In this document: one piece after another, positions 10,237 through 19,170 of the stretch | Numbering within the stretch: position 1 is the stretch's first letter | Layout: each line of letters starts with the position of its first letter | Assembly: GCA_963850305.1 (NCBI GenBank) | Contig: CAWKKR010000008.1 | Location: forward strand, 576,001 to 640,000 | Source: an uncultured delta proteobacterium | GTDB lineage: Bacteria > Myxococcota_A > Polyangia > Polyangiales > Polyangiaceae | Direction: 5' to 3' | Length of the DNA: 64,000 nucleotides | The notes under the pieces: model-generated | What the model was told of the DNA's origin: nothing | The model's database searches: none | Seen by the model: the letters and a program-made list of their open reading frames with translations, nothing else | Translations under genes and position numbers: made by a program

Positions 10237-11304
10237 TCACTCGGCCGCGATGCGCGCTCGTCGTTTCCGGACGGCGGTGGCGAGCTCGGAGAGCAAGGGC
10301 GCCGTGGCGTCCCAGCCGATGCAGGCGTCCGTGATGCTCTGCCCGTAGGAGAGCGTGTTCGGATCCTTCAGCTCCTGTCGGCCCTCGGTGAGGAAGCTCT
10401 CCACCATCACGCCGAACACTCCCGTGCTGCCGGATTCGATCTGCCGCGCGACGTCGCGCGCGACCTCGGGCTGACGGCGGTAATCCTTGTTGCTGTTTCC
10501 GTGGCTGCAATCCACGAGCACGCTCGCGCGGAGGCCGGCCTTGACGAGCGCTTCCGTCGCCTTCGCGACGTTCGCGGCGTCGTAGTTGGTTCCCGACGTG
10601 CCGCCGCGGAGGATGACGTGACAATCCGGATTGCCGGTCGTCTGCACGATCGCCGCCATCCCTTGTTCCGTCACACCCAGAAACCGGTGCGCGTGTGCGG
10701 CCGACACGACGGCGTCGATCGCGAGCTGCACGGTGCCGTAGGTGCCGTTCTTGAATCCGATGGGCATCGACAGGCCCGACGCGAGCTGCCGGTGTACCTG
10801 GCTCTCCGTCGTGCGCGCTCCGATGGCGCCCCAGGCGACGAGATCCGCCGTGAACTGCGGCGTGATCGGATCCAGGAACTCCGTGCCGCACGGGAGACCA
10901 AGGCTCGACACGTCGCGGAGAAGAGTCCGCGCCCGGCGAAGCCCTTCGTTGATCTGGAACGTCTCGTCGAGGAACGGGTCGTTGATGAGACCCTTCCAGC
11001 CGACCGTCGTACGCGGCTTCTCGAAGTAGACGCGCATCACGACGCAGAGATCGTCCTCCAGCTGTCGCGCGAGCTTGGAGAGCCGCTCGGCGTATTCGAG
11101 ACCCGCGCGCGGATCGTGAATCGAGCAAGGGCCGACCACGGCGAGGAGCCGGTCGTCGGTACCGTGGAGAATGCGCGAGATCTGACGGCGGCCTTCGAGC
11201 AATACACGCGCCGCGTCATCCGTGGGCGGCACTTCCTCGAGCAAGATGGCCGGCGAGAGGAGCGGGCGCACACTCTCGACGCGGAGGTTCCGGGTGCGTT
11301 CCAT
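10237..11304 (-). CDS. DAHP synthase, class I-alpha (AroF/G/H family)
   Basis: VVGPCSIHD, MRVYFEKPRTTVGWKGLINDP, WGAIGARTTESQVHR, DCSHGNS, YGQSITDAC. Confidence 0.95.
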   Translation of the reverse strand: MERTRNLRVESVRPLLSPAILLEEVPPTDDAARVLLEGRRQISRILHGTDDRLLAVVGPCSIHDPRAGLEYAERLSKLARQLEDDLCVVMRVYFEKPRTTVGWKGLINDPFLDETFQINEGLRRARTLLRDVSSLGLPCGTEFLDPITPQFTADLVAWGAIGARTTESQVHRQLASGLSMPIGFKNGTYGTVQLAIDAVVSAAHAHRFLGVTEQGMAAIVQTTGNPDCHVILRGGTSGTNYDAANVAKATEALVKAGLRASVLVDCSHGNSNKDYRRQPEVARDVARQIESGSTGVFGVMVESFLTEGRQELKDPNTLSYGQSITDACIGWDATAPLLSELATAVRKRRARIAAE

Positions 11305-11424
11305 GTGCGCGCAGACTTTGACACGCGAATCGCCGGGTCGCGAGGGCAATCACCGCGCGGCGCCTCTCTCGGAGCCCCGTTTGCCCCGATCTCCAAATCC
11401 GCATATTCTCCCGAGATTCGCGAA

Positions 11425-12714
11425 ATGCACTCCTGCGGATTCGCCCCTGGCACGCGCCCGGAGACAGGTCGATCTCGGTACCTGTTCGCGTGCGTCGGCG
11501 TCGCGGCGAGCCTGCTGGTCGCGGCGCCGGACACCCGTGCGGCCGGCAGCGACGAGGCCGGCGCGGCGAACGCCGCGACCGTGGACGCGGCGCCGAAGCT
11601 CGTCGTCGTGGCGGACGTGGCGGCGGACGAGACGGACAATTCCGAGCTGCGCGCGGCGGTGTACGACGTCGCGCGCCGTCACGGATATGCGCCCGCGGGC
11701 AAGCTCGATGTCGATGCGGTCGCGAGCCGGGAGTCGCTGATGAGCGCGGGCAGTGTGACCGCGGATCCCGCGGAGCTTGCGCGACTCCGCACGGCGCTGG
11801 GCGTCGCGGTCGTCGTGCGCGTTTCGAAAAATCCCGGCGGAGCCATCCGCGTCGCCATCGTGACGAAGAAGGGAACCGACGCGCAGACCGTCGCGGGCGC
11901 GACGTCGGGAGCCATCTCCGCGGCGGTCGATCAGCTGCTCCCCCATGTCTTCCACGCGGGCGCGACTCCCACGAAGTCGGACCAACCAACCTCTCCTCTG
12001 GACGATGCCCGCGCGGGCAGGCTGGTGCTCGACGAACCGACCCCCGAACGCCCGCCGTCGCCCGCGGAGGCCTGGGAGAAACGCGGAGGGCTCCGGCCCT
12101 CGTACGGCGCGGTCGTGCTCGCGTCGGGCACGGAGCTCCATCATGTCGCGTTCACGGGTGTCGCGCCGAACGGGACGGCAGCGCCGGGACGCGCGACGGC
12201 AACCGGCGTGGGCGGAGGCATCGGCGTGCGCGTCGGGTTCATGTACTTGCCCGTGCCGGATCCGAACCTTTCGTCGGGTGGGTTCGTCGCGTTCCGGTTC
12301 GGGCTCGGACTCGACACGAACGTGTTCTGGCTGGCGGCGCCGCACGGGTATTCATACAGCGGCACGGAACGAACCGTCTCGTACACGAGCGAGGCGCTCT
12401 GGGTCGTGAACGCACCGGCGGAGCTGGGATTCGCGATCGCCGCGGGTGGTTTCGGCGATGAATCCATGTGGCACGGCGTGCTCGTCGGATTCGCGTACGC
12501 ACCGGCGGCACAGTTCTCCATGAACCTCGCGCATACGTCCGGGGCCTTCCGTGTGAACCCCGCGGGCGCGGAGGCGAGCGTCGACATCACGCGGCTCGAT
12601 TCGGACCGTGACGGCGAAGAGATGCAAATACGCGTGCTCCTGTCGGGCCTCTATCCGCTCGATGACGCGCACCCCGGCATGCTGTCGCTCGGGCTCGGTG
12701 CGATCTGGTACTGA
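11425..12714 (+). CDS. Secreted protein with probable C-terminal beta-barrel
   Basis: Signal-like N-terminus, alternating aromatic/hydrophobic strands, ends in GLGAIWY; start uncertain. Confidence 0.65.
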   Translation: MHSCGFAPGTRPETGRSRYLFACVGVAASLLVAAPDTRAAGSDEAGAANAATVDAAPKLVVVADVAADETDNSELRAAVYDVARRHGYAPAGKLDVDAVASRESLMSAGSVTADPAELARLRTALGVAVVVRVSKNPGGAIRVAIVTKKGTDAQTVAGATSGAISAAVDQLLPHVFHAGATPTKSDQPTSPLDDARAGRLVLDEPTPERPPSPAEAWEKRGGLRPSYGAVVLASGTELHHVAFTGVAPNGTAAPGRATATGVGGGIGVRVGFMYLPVPDPNLSSGGFVAFRFGLGLDTNVFWLAAPHGYSYSGTERTVSYTSEALWVVNAPAELGFAIAAGGFGDESMWHGVLVGFAYAPAAQFSMNLAHTSGAFRVNPAGAEASVDITRLDSDRDGEEMQIRVLLSGLYPLDDAHPGMLSLGLGAIWY

Positions 12715-12724
12715 GCGCGGGCGA

Positions 12725-13699
12725 TCACGGCAGGAGAACCGTCGAGCCCATCGTCTTGCGGCCCTCGAGATCGGCGTGCGCCTGCGCCGCGTCGCGGAGG
12801 GCGTACGTCTGCCCGATGTGCACGCGGACCGCTCCCGACTCGAGCGCGTGAAAGACGCGATTCGCGGACAGCAGGAGGTCCGCGCGCGTCGCCGTATAAG
12901 CGGCGAGAGTCGGACGCGTGAAAAACAGCGACCCCTTCGCGGCGAGGAGCCCGGGATCGAATGGCGCGACCTTGCCCGACGATTGCCCGTACGAGACGAA
13001 CAGGCCGCGCGGCGCGAGCGAGTCCAGCGACGCCGCGAACGTATCTTTCCCGACCGAGTCGTAGACGACCCGCACGCCCGCGCCCTTGGTGAGTTCGCGG
13101 ACGCGCGGCGCCACCGCTTCCCGTGACGACACGATCGCGTGGTCGCATCCGTTTTCCATCGCGAGCGCTACCTTCGAGTCGGTCCCGACGGTGCCAATCA
13201 CCATCGCGCCCAGAGCCTTCGCCCACTGACAGAGGATCGACCCGACACCGCCCGCCGCTGCGTGCACCAGAATGGTGTCCCCGCGGGCGATGACGGTCGT
13301 GCGATGGAGCAGATACTCCGCGGTCATTCCCTTCAGCATCATCGCGGCGGCCGTGCGATCGTCCACGTCGTTGGGCACTTTCACGACGCGCTCCGCGTTC
13401 ATCACGCGAGCCTCCGTGTACGCACCGAGCGACCCTGCATAAGCAACCCGATCCCCCACGCGGAAATCCGAGACGCCCGCGCCAACCGCGTCGATCGCCC
13501 CTGCGCTCTCCGACCCCGGCACGAACGGCAGTGACGGCACGGGATACAGACCCGTTCGATAATAAACGTCGATGAAGTTCAGCCCGATTGCCGTCTGCTT
13601 CAGCCGCACCTGCCCCGGCCCCGGCTCGACGGACTCCGCCTCCTCCCACACGAGAACCTCTGGACCCCCGTGCCGCGCCACCGCAATTCGACCGACCAT
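12725..13699 (-). CDS. qor: NADPH:quinone oxidoreductase (zeta-crystallin family)
   Basis: GLNFIDVYYRTGLYP, HAAAGGVG, VVYDSVGKDTF, KGSLFFTRPTL. Confidence 0.92.
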   Translation of the reverse strand: MVGRIAVARHGGPEVLVWEEAESVEPGPGQVRLKQTAIGLNFIDVYYRTGLYPVPSLPFVPGSESAGAIDAVGAGVSDFRVGDRVAYAGSLGAYTEARVMNAERVVKVPNDVDDRTAAAMMLKGMTAEYLLHRTTVIARGDTILVHAAAGGVGSILCQWAKALGAMVIGTVGTDSKVALAMENGCDHAIVSSREAVAPRVRELTKGAGVRVVYDSVGKDTFAASLDSLAPRGLFVSYGQSSGKVAPFDPGLLAAKGSLFFTRPTLAAYTATRADLLLSANRVFHALESGAVRVHIGQTYALRDAAQAHADLEGRKTMGSTVLLP

Positions 13700-13792
13700 C
13701 CTCGGTTCCTTGTCCAGTCCTCGTAGCCCCGCAAGCCGTCACCCGCCCATTCGACGTCGAACCTCGACGAAAGCGGTGCCCGCGACGTCCAA

Positions 13793-13822
13793 TTGCGAAC
13801 ACCGGGCGCCGGGCGCTATGGT
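13793..13822 (+). promoter_or_regulatory. Putative sigma70-type promoter of tRNA-Leu
   Basis: TTGCGA-18 nt-TATGGT, ending 9 nt before the tRNA 5' end. Confidence 0.5.
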
Positions 13823-13831
13823 CCGCCCCTC

Positions 13832-13913
13832 GCACGAGTGGCGGAATTGGCAGACGCAGCGGATTTAGGTTCCGCCGCCGCAAGGCGTGGGGGTTCAAGT
13901 CCCTCCTCGTGCA
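13832..13913 (+). tRNA. tRNA-Leu (anticodon TAG)
   Basis: Acceptor stem GCACGAG/CTCGTGC+A, D-loop GGAATTGGCAGAC, anticodon arm GCGGA-ttTAGgt-TCCGC, long variable arm, GGTTCAAGTCC; CCA not encoded. Confidence 0.97.
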
Positions 13914-14335
13914 CTGAGATGGAATCGTTGAGCTAGTTCAGATCGAAGCGGGACTGCTTCTTCTGCACGACTGGCTCGTGCGTCTGCGCTGCCGACGGCC
14001 GAGGTCGCCGTACCGATCGGGACAAGCTGACCAGTCCCCTGATGCGCGCGGGCGTCGTTGAAGTCGCCGCCGGCTCCGACGTCGAGGGCCATCGCCCTCG
14101 CGCTCCACCAGCCAGCCCACGAAACGCGCCGCGCATCATCGTGGCGCAATGAATGATCCGTACGCCGGACGTGGTCTGAGAAGGCTCGGCTGGCCCTGCG
14201 GAAGCGTTGCACGCGTCACGGCGTGAAGCGCGCTCTGTTGCGCATTCGCGCATGACGCGTGAACCCTTGCTGCGATCGATTCTCGTGCCCAAATTTTCAA
14301 TAAGCGGTCGTTCCGCATCACCAGGGAGGTGAGCG

Positions 14336-14665
14336 ATGATCAGCATCAAGGCAGGACTCGCAATTACGCTATTCGGTCTCGGAGGAGCGGCGATGGGAAG
14401 CGTCGCCTATCTCGAATACGGAAAGCGAATCCCCGTCGCAGAGCCCGAACTAGCGACGCCTGCGCCGCTGCGTGTGATGACAAAATCGGAAGCTCCGCCG
14501 GATCCAGTCAACACCGCCGTCAGCATCGAGCCCGTGGTCATCTACGGCCGCATCGCGCACCACGAGACGCCACTCGCCAAGCCCCCGAAGGCCATGGTGG
14601 TCTGTTCCGGCTGGCGGTCCCTGGGACCCGTAGGGCACGGCGTCCGGGCGCTCTGCATTCAGTGA
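14336..14665 (+). CDS. Small membrane-anchored protein with C-terminal Cys pair
   Basis: GGGAGG Shine-Dalgarno, N-terminal TM segment, ends CSGWRSLGPVGHGVRALCIQ. Confidence 0.6.
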   Translation: MISIKAGLAITLFGLGGAAMGSVAYLEYGKRIPVAEPELATPAPLRVMTKSEAPPDPVNTAVSIEPVVIYGRIAHHETPLAKPPKAMVVCSGWRSLGPVGHGVRALCIQ

Positions 14666-15003
14666 CGCTCCGCCACGGAGACTCCGCGGACGAATGCTAC
14701 GGCGCTTGATAACCCAACCGCGATTCGTCCCTGTGCCGGCTACTTCGGGCATCCGGCATCGAACGAAGTGAGACCGGCCGCGTCGCCGTCCGCAGGGCCG
14801 CGTCGACGCGCTCGGCGATCCTGCCGACAACGCCACGAACCCGCCGAAGCAGCGCCGCGATCACGACCTTCATCTCATCGATCTCGCGGGGCAGTTCAAG
14901 ACTTGTTCGCGCTGGATTCCTGAGCGATCGTGCGGCGGACGACGCGAGTAGCCACGACGGCCGTTCGCCGCCTTCGCCGCCATAATCTGATACGATTCCA
15001 TTG

Positions 15004-16140
15004 ATGGATTGCGCGTTCAAGCTGCCGCAAGACTTCGAGCAACTAGTTCACGCGGCGATTGTGAAACACCTCAAACCGCACCTCGTTCCGGTTGTGTACG
15101 TTCCGGACTGCACCGAGATTGGCGAGGTTCTGCAGGTCGCTCTTTGGTCCAGTGTCTTACGTGACGAAGGTCGCGTAGTGAGGTTCACGATCAACCTGCG
15201 ACCGAGAACGACTCCAAGCCGGGTCATCCCTTTCGCCAGGCCCATTGGATTCACGGCGGCGCAGCTTGCAAAACTCTCGATGGCGACAACACCCGATGTT
15301 TCGGCCGTCCACGTGGGTCCCGGAGCGGATGGCCTGGAGATTTTTGGAATCGACACCGTGTTCGGCGATGCGTCTGCTGTCAGGGTCGAGGTTCTCGGAC
15401 CCGCTACCGTTGCCATCAAATCCGGTAGCGTCACCGTCGCTTTTATCTCCGGCAACAACGCAGAGTTGATCAGCGTCGATATTTACGCGAAGTATTTCTT
15501 CATCGATGTTCGGTTCCCCGCGGAACACGGCGCGGACTCCGATCGTGAACATCGGTTTTTCGATATCGCGCGAGCGATGCACAGACATGGCCACGGCGGA
15601 ACCCTGCTCGTGCTCGGTTCGGACACGACGGCATCGCGTGTAAGTGAGCTGTCTTCGTCCATCGAGCCTCATTATGAGCTCGCACACGCCTTCGACGGAT
15701 TGCGCGAAGTGGACGCTGCGGAGGCCAGTATTTTTGGCGCGATGCAAACCGCCACCTCGGCGAGCGAGGCACGCGATTTGTTTTCGCAGCTTCGAGCCAC
15801 GGAGGTTCTCCACTTCCAATACATCTCCGGCTTGGCGCGCACCACTGCCGTAGACGGCGCAACGGTCGTTTCTTGGGAGGGATCACTGCTCGCGTTTGGT
15901 TGCAAAATCTTGCTGCAAAATAGACCTCTCCTGAGGCTCCGGCGACCGACGGCTGCGGCTGCCTCCCTCGTCGATCTCGCCGACTTCGGCGGAACTAGAC
16001 ATCAATCGGCAGCTCGGTTCGTCGGAATGAATCCAGGAAGTCGCGCGATCGTGTCGTCGCAGGACGCGAAAGTGTCGATCCTCAATCACGTGGCGATCGA
16101 CGAAGTCGACTGCCTTGAGCACGCAGAGTGGTGCTTCTGA
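15004..16140 (+). CDS. Diadenylate cyclase (DisA_N/DAC)-like protein with N-terminal DACNV-type domain
   Basis: HGHGGTLLVL, AVDGATVV (DGA), GGTRHQSA (RHR-like) and VSSQD; more A/T-ending codons than the core genes. Confidence 0.75.
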   Translation: MDCAFKLPQDFEQLVHAAIVKHLKPHLVPVVYVPDCTEIGEVLQVALWSSVLRDEGRVVRFTINLRPRTTPSRVIPFARPIGFTAAQLAKLSMATTPDVSAVHVGPGADGLEIFGIDTVFGDASAVRVEVLGPATVAIKSGSVTVAFISGNNAELISVDIYAKYFFIDVRFPAEHGADSDREHRFFDIARAMHRHGHGGTLLVLGSDTTASRVSELSSSIEPHYELAHAFDGLREVDAAEASIFGAMQTATSASEARDLFSQLRATEVLHFQYISGLARTTAVDGATVVSWEGSLLAFGCKILLQNRPLLRLRRPTAAAASLVDLADFGGTRHQSAARFVGMNPGSRAIVSSQDAKVSILNHVAIDEVDCLEHAEWCF

Positions 16141-16495
16141 CCCGGTAGAGCCACTCTGATATCCCCACGAAGCGTACCTCCGAGTTCCGCCGTCCGATGC
16201 TCTGGACAAAGCGTCCCCCCATGACACCTTCGAGGTCAAAGTACAGTCCCGGACCCTTCACGTCGAACGAGGACGAGTGACGCAGATCGTCACGAATGCC
16301 GCGTCGTGACACCCCCGTTCGGATCGTCCGCACGCCGGCACTGCATGCGTGGTGCAAACGGTGCGTGTCTCATCAGCTGACGAACATCGATTCCTCATGG
16401 ATCCGGGGTCATCGGGTGACGAGGGGAACGGGGCGTGGATCTTGCGTCCGAAGTCATCAGGGAGCTTCGACAAGCGGCCCTCCCGGGAGATCAGC

Positions 16496-16981
16496 ATGTC
16501 CTCATCGAGCAGGGAGTTGGTTGTTTCCGCCGAATCCACAACCGAAAGCGAGTTGGCTGGGATTACCGAGGCGGTACTCGAAGGGCACGCGGAACTCGAC
16601 AAGACAGTCTCGCGGCTTCGAGGGTTGTGCGTCGCCCTCCACGATGGCCACACTCCAGCGGACGGCGATCCGGCGAGCCTCATCGAGGAATTCGAAGCAC
16701 AACTGCTCCCCCACTTCGCCGCCGAGGAGGCTGAAGAGTTCTTCGGCAGCCTAGTGACGGATCAGCCGTCGCTGCTGAAGCGGGTCGAACTACTGCAAGA
16801 CGATCACATTGGGATGGCCGAAGCACTCGACGCCCTTCAGAATTTTGCCGAGAGCGGTCCTACCGGCCCCGACCTGGCGGTACGCATCACGCAGTTCCTG
16901 GACCGATTCGACGCTCACGAGCACGCAGAGAATGAGCTGATGCAGGAGTTCTTCCTGCTCGATCAAGGCGGGGGCGGCTGA
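16496..16981 (+). CDS. Hemerythrin/HHE cation-binding domain protein
   Basis: H...HFAAEE...H...HEHAEN pattern, acidic all-helical protein; GGGAGA Shine-Dalgarno. Confidence 0.8.
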   Translation: MSSSSRELVVSAESTTESELAGITEAVLEGHAELDKTVSRLRGLCVALHDGHTPADGDPASLIEEFEAQLLPHFAAEEAEEFFGSLVTDQPSLLKRVELLQDDHIGMAEALDALQNFAESGPTGPDLAVRITQFLDRFDAHEHAENELMQEFFLLDQGGGG

Positions 16982-18402
16982 CCACGGTGAGCGAGCCCCT
17001 TCATCTGCAAGGACTTAAGGTCCGGGTTTCCAGGGAGCGTCCGAGCGACATCGGCGTCCACCTCGCAGCCCTTGCCCGCCCGTGTCGAACAGGGATGCCT
17101 CGCCATGCGCCCCGTCGCCTGGGGAATCCCGCGATGAACGAGCGCTTCTTCGACGGCGCGAACGATCTTCGCGCGCGCGACGTTCGGGAAGTACACGGCG
17201 ACGATTCCTCCTGGGTTCAGCGTCTCGATGTAGCTCTCGACCGCCTCGCGCGTCATGAGGTACGTCTCGGTGAGGAGGGTGCCGGAGCTGCCGAAGAGCG
17301 TCGCGACCGGCACGTACACCAGATCGAACCCCGGCGCGCCGCGCTTCCGCGTCATCGCGAAGCGAGCTGCCACCTCCCTCCCCTCGCCGACCACGAGCGA
17401 CACTCGCGGGTCGCGATATGGATCTTGGCGTTCGGGGAGCGCCTGTCGCATATACCGTGGAATCATCGGGTCGATCTCGACGGCGACGACCTTGCTCACG
17501 CCGTGCTCGAGCGCTGCCACGACGTTCCTCCCGGCGCCGCTGCCGAGCACGAGCACGCGAGCGGGGGTGAACGCGTAAGGCACGACGTCGAGTGCCGAAC
17601 GCATCGCCGCTCGAGCTGCCGGATCGACCGGCACCGTCGCGGTGCCGGCGTTCGCTCCCGCCGTACGGAAGACCAGGACACCGCCGGGCGCACGCTGCAC
17701 GTCGATGCGGGAAACGGCGTCCGTTTCGGCGTAAATGGACCTCGGATGAGCCGAGCGATCCGCGGCGCGGAGCCCGACCATGGCAGAGGCCACCGACGCC
17801 ACTCCCACCATCGCTGCGAACCACCGCACGGGGCCGGGCCGAACGAAGAGGAGCGCCGCCGAAGACGCCAGCGCGACGAACACGACGTAAGCGCCGACAT
17901 CGCCCGAGAGCTCGGCCACCGCGAGAGCGCAGGGTGGACCGAGCGCGCCACCGACCAGGCTTGCTGCGTACACTCGGTGCGCGCTTCCGGGGTTCTGCCG
18001 CATCTCCACGTAGACGGGAACCGCGGAGAGCGCGATGGTCGTCAGACACGCGGCGCCGCACCCGAGGAGGCGTTCAGCCGTCGCAGCGCCACCGGTATGA
18101 ACGTGCTCGAGAGAAAACAGAACGAAGCCCGCGAGCAGCGCGGCGATCTGCAGCGACGCGGCGGCTCGTTCCGTTGCACGCGCACCGCCGCCGAGCGCGC
18201 GCGCCAGCGGATCGGACAGCGACACGCCCAGCATGGCGAGGCCGACGACGCCCAGGGACAAGGAACCGAACTCGTACTGACTCAGCTTGATGAACAGAAC
18301 CTCGAAGCCCAGCTGCGCGAACGAAATCGCTGCAACGCCCACCAGCCCGCGGCGGTGCAGGACGGTGCTTCCGGGAAGCGACGAGACGCCGGATGATGAC
18401 AA
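16963..18402 (-). CDS. Membrane spermidine-synthase-like SAM-fold protein, probably C-terminally truncated
   Basis: About 6 TM helices, then VLVLGSGAG, VAVEIDP, DPRVSLVVGEGR, YLMTREA..L.PGG. The sequence degenerates after about 17110 and overlaps the hemerythrin stop. Confidence 0.7.
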   Translation of the reverse strand: MSSSGVSSLPGSTVLHRRGLVGVAAISFAQLGFEVLFIKLSQYEFGSLSLGVVGLAMLGVSLSDPLARALGGGARATERAAASLQIAALLAGFVLFSLEHVHTGGAATAERLLGCGAACLTTIALSAVPVYVEMRQNPGSAHRVYAASLVGGALGPPCALAVAELSGDVGAYVVFVALASSAALLFVRPGPVRWFAAMVGVASVASAMVGLRAADRSAHPRSIYAETDAVSRIDVQRAPGGVLVFRTAGANAGTATVPVDPAARAAMRSALDVVPYAFTPARVLVLGSGAGRNVVAALEHGVSKVVAVEIDPMIPRYMRQALPERQDPYRDPRVSLVVGEGREVAARFAMTRKRGAPGFDLVYVPVATLFGSSGTLLTETYLMTREAVESYIETLNPGGIVAVYFPNVARAKIVRAVEEALVHRGIPQATGRMARHPCSTRAGKGCEVDADVARTLPGNPDLKSLQMKGLAHRGQPPPP

Positions 18403-18478
18403 GCGCCGCCATCATAGTCGCCGCCGGGGGACAGTGCGCTCGCGCCCGGCCCGTCAGATCTTCACGACTGAGGTCGCG

Positions 18479-18610
18479 CGGGCGACGGAGCCGAAGGAGT
18501 TCGGGAAAGTCGTCGCTCTTTCCCGGGTGGGCGGCTTGCATCACCGTCACGTCAGGAGGGCGGTGTGACGTGCCCCGACCGATTCTCGGACGCGTATTTC
18601 GCCAGCGGGC
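18479..18610 (+). mobile_element. Remnant 3' end of an integrase-core (IS3/IS481-like) transposase
   Basis: Translates RATEPKEFGKVVALSRVGGLHHRHVRRAV*, matching the G.VV..P.VGGLHHRY.R.A terminus typical of these transposases. Confidence 0.65.
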
Positions 18611-18633
18611 GTCGTGATGTCGATGTGCCGTTT

Positions 18634-19170
18634 CTAGCGCACTCGAGCGTGTCGCTCGAGTGCGTAAAAGAGTCCCGCGACAAGCTCTCCGATGAGAACG
18701 ACGACGAGCCACGGGTCGACACCGAGCGTTCCGGGAATCGTCATGCCGATTCGCGGGGACCCCGCGATACGCGGCAGGATCCACGGATAGGCTCCGCCGA
18801 ATGCGAGCGCACCTGCGATGAGTCCCAAGGAGCCCGGGATCAAATAGTCCAGACGTCCTTCCCCCACGCCAGCGGCGATCGTTCCAGGGCAGAACCCGGA
18901 CGACGCCATGCCGACGCCAAAGATCAGGCCGCCGCAAAAATTGCCCGCGAAATAGGTCGGAGGGACCGGAATTGGAGCCGCGAGATCGAGCGCTTGGAGC
19001 GCTCGGATCCCAGCGGCGCCGACGACGAGCGCACTCAAGAGGAACTTAATCACCGTGAGATCCCGAAGCCGATACACGTTGACGATGACGTCGTAGCGAG
19101 CAAGGCCCGCTTTCTCGAGAAGCCACCCGAAGCAAACGCCGACGCCGAGGGCTTCGAAGACACTCGTCAT
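18634..19170 (-). CDS. YeeE/YedE family sulfur-compound transporter subunit
   Basis: FGWLLEKAG, D..VIK, GGLIFGVGMASSGFCPGT; translationally coupled to the upstream gene (ATGA overlap). Confidence 0.88.
   Translation of the reverse strand: MTSVFEALGVGVCFGWLLEKAGLARYDVIVNVYRLRDLTVIKFLLSALVVGAAGIRALQALDLAAPIPVPPTYFAGNFCGGLIFGVGMASSGFCPGTIAAGVGEGRLDYLIPGSLGLIAGALAFGGAYPWILPRIAGSPRIGMTIPGTLGVDPWLVVVLIGELVAGLFYALERHARVR

Noticed and set aside
13890..13915. attL/attR pair defining an intact integrative element or prophage
   Set aside because: No second copy of the tRNA 3' end found by eye; no integrase or phage structural genes.
13933..14349. Minus-strand CDS ending KKQSRFDLN
   Set aside because: No convincing start or motif; possibly a gene remnant, but unsupported.
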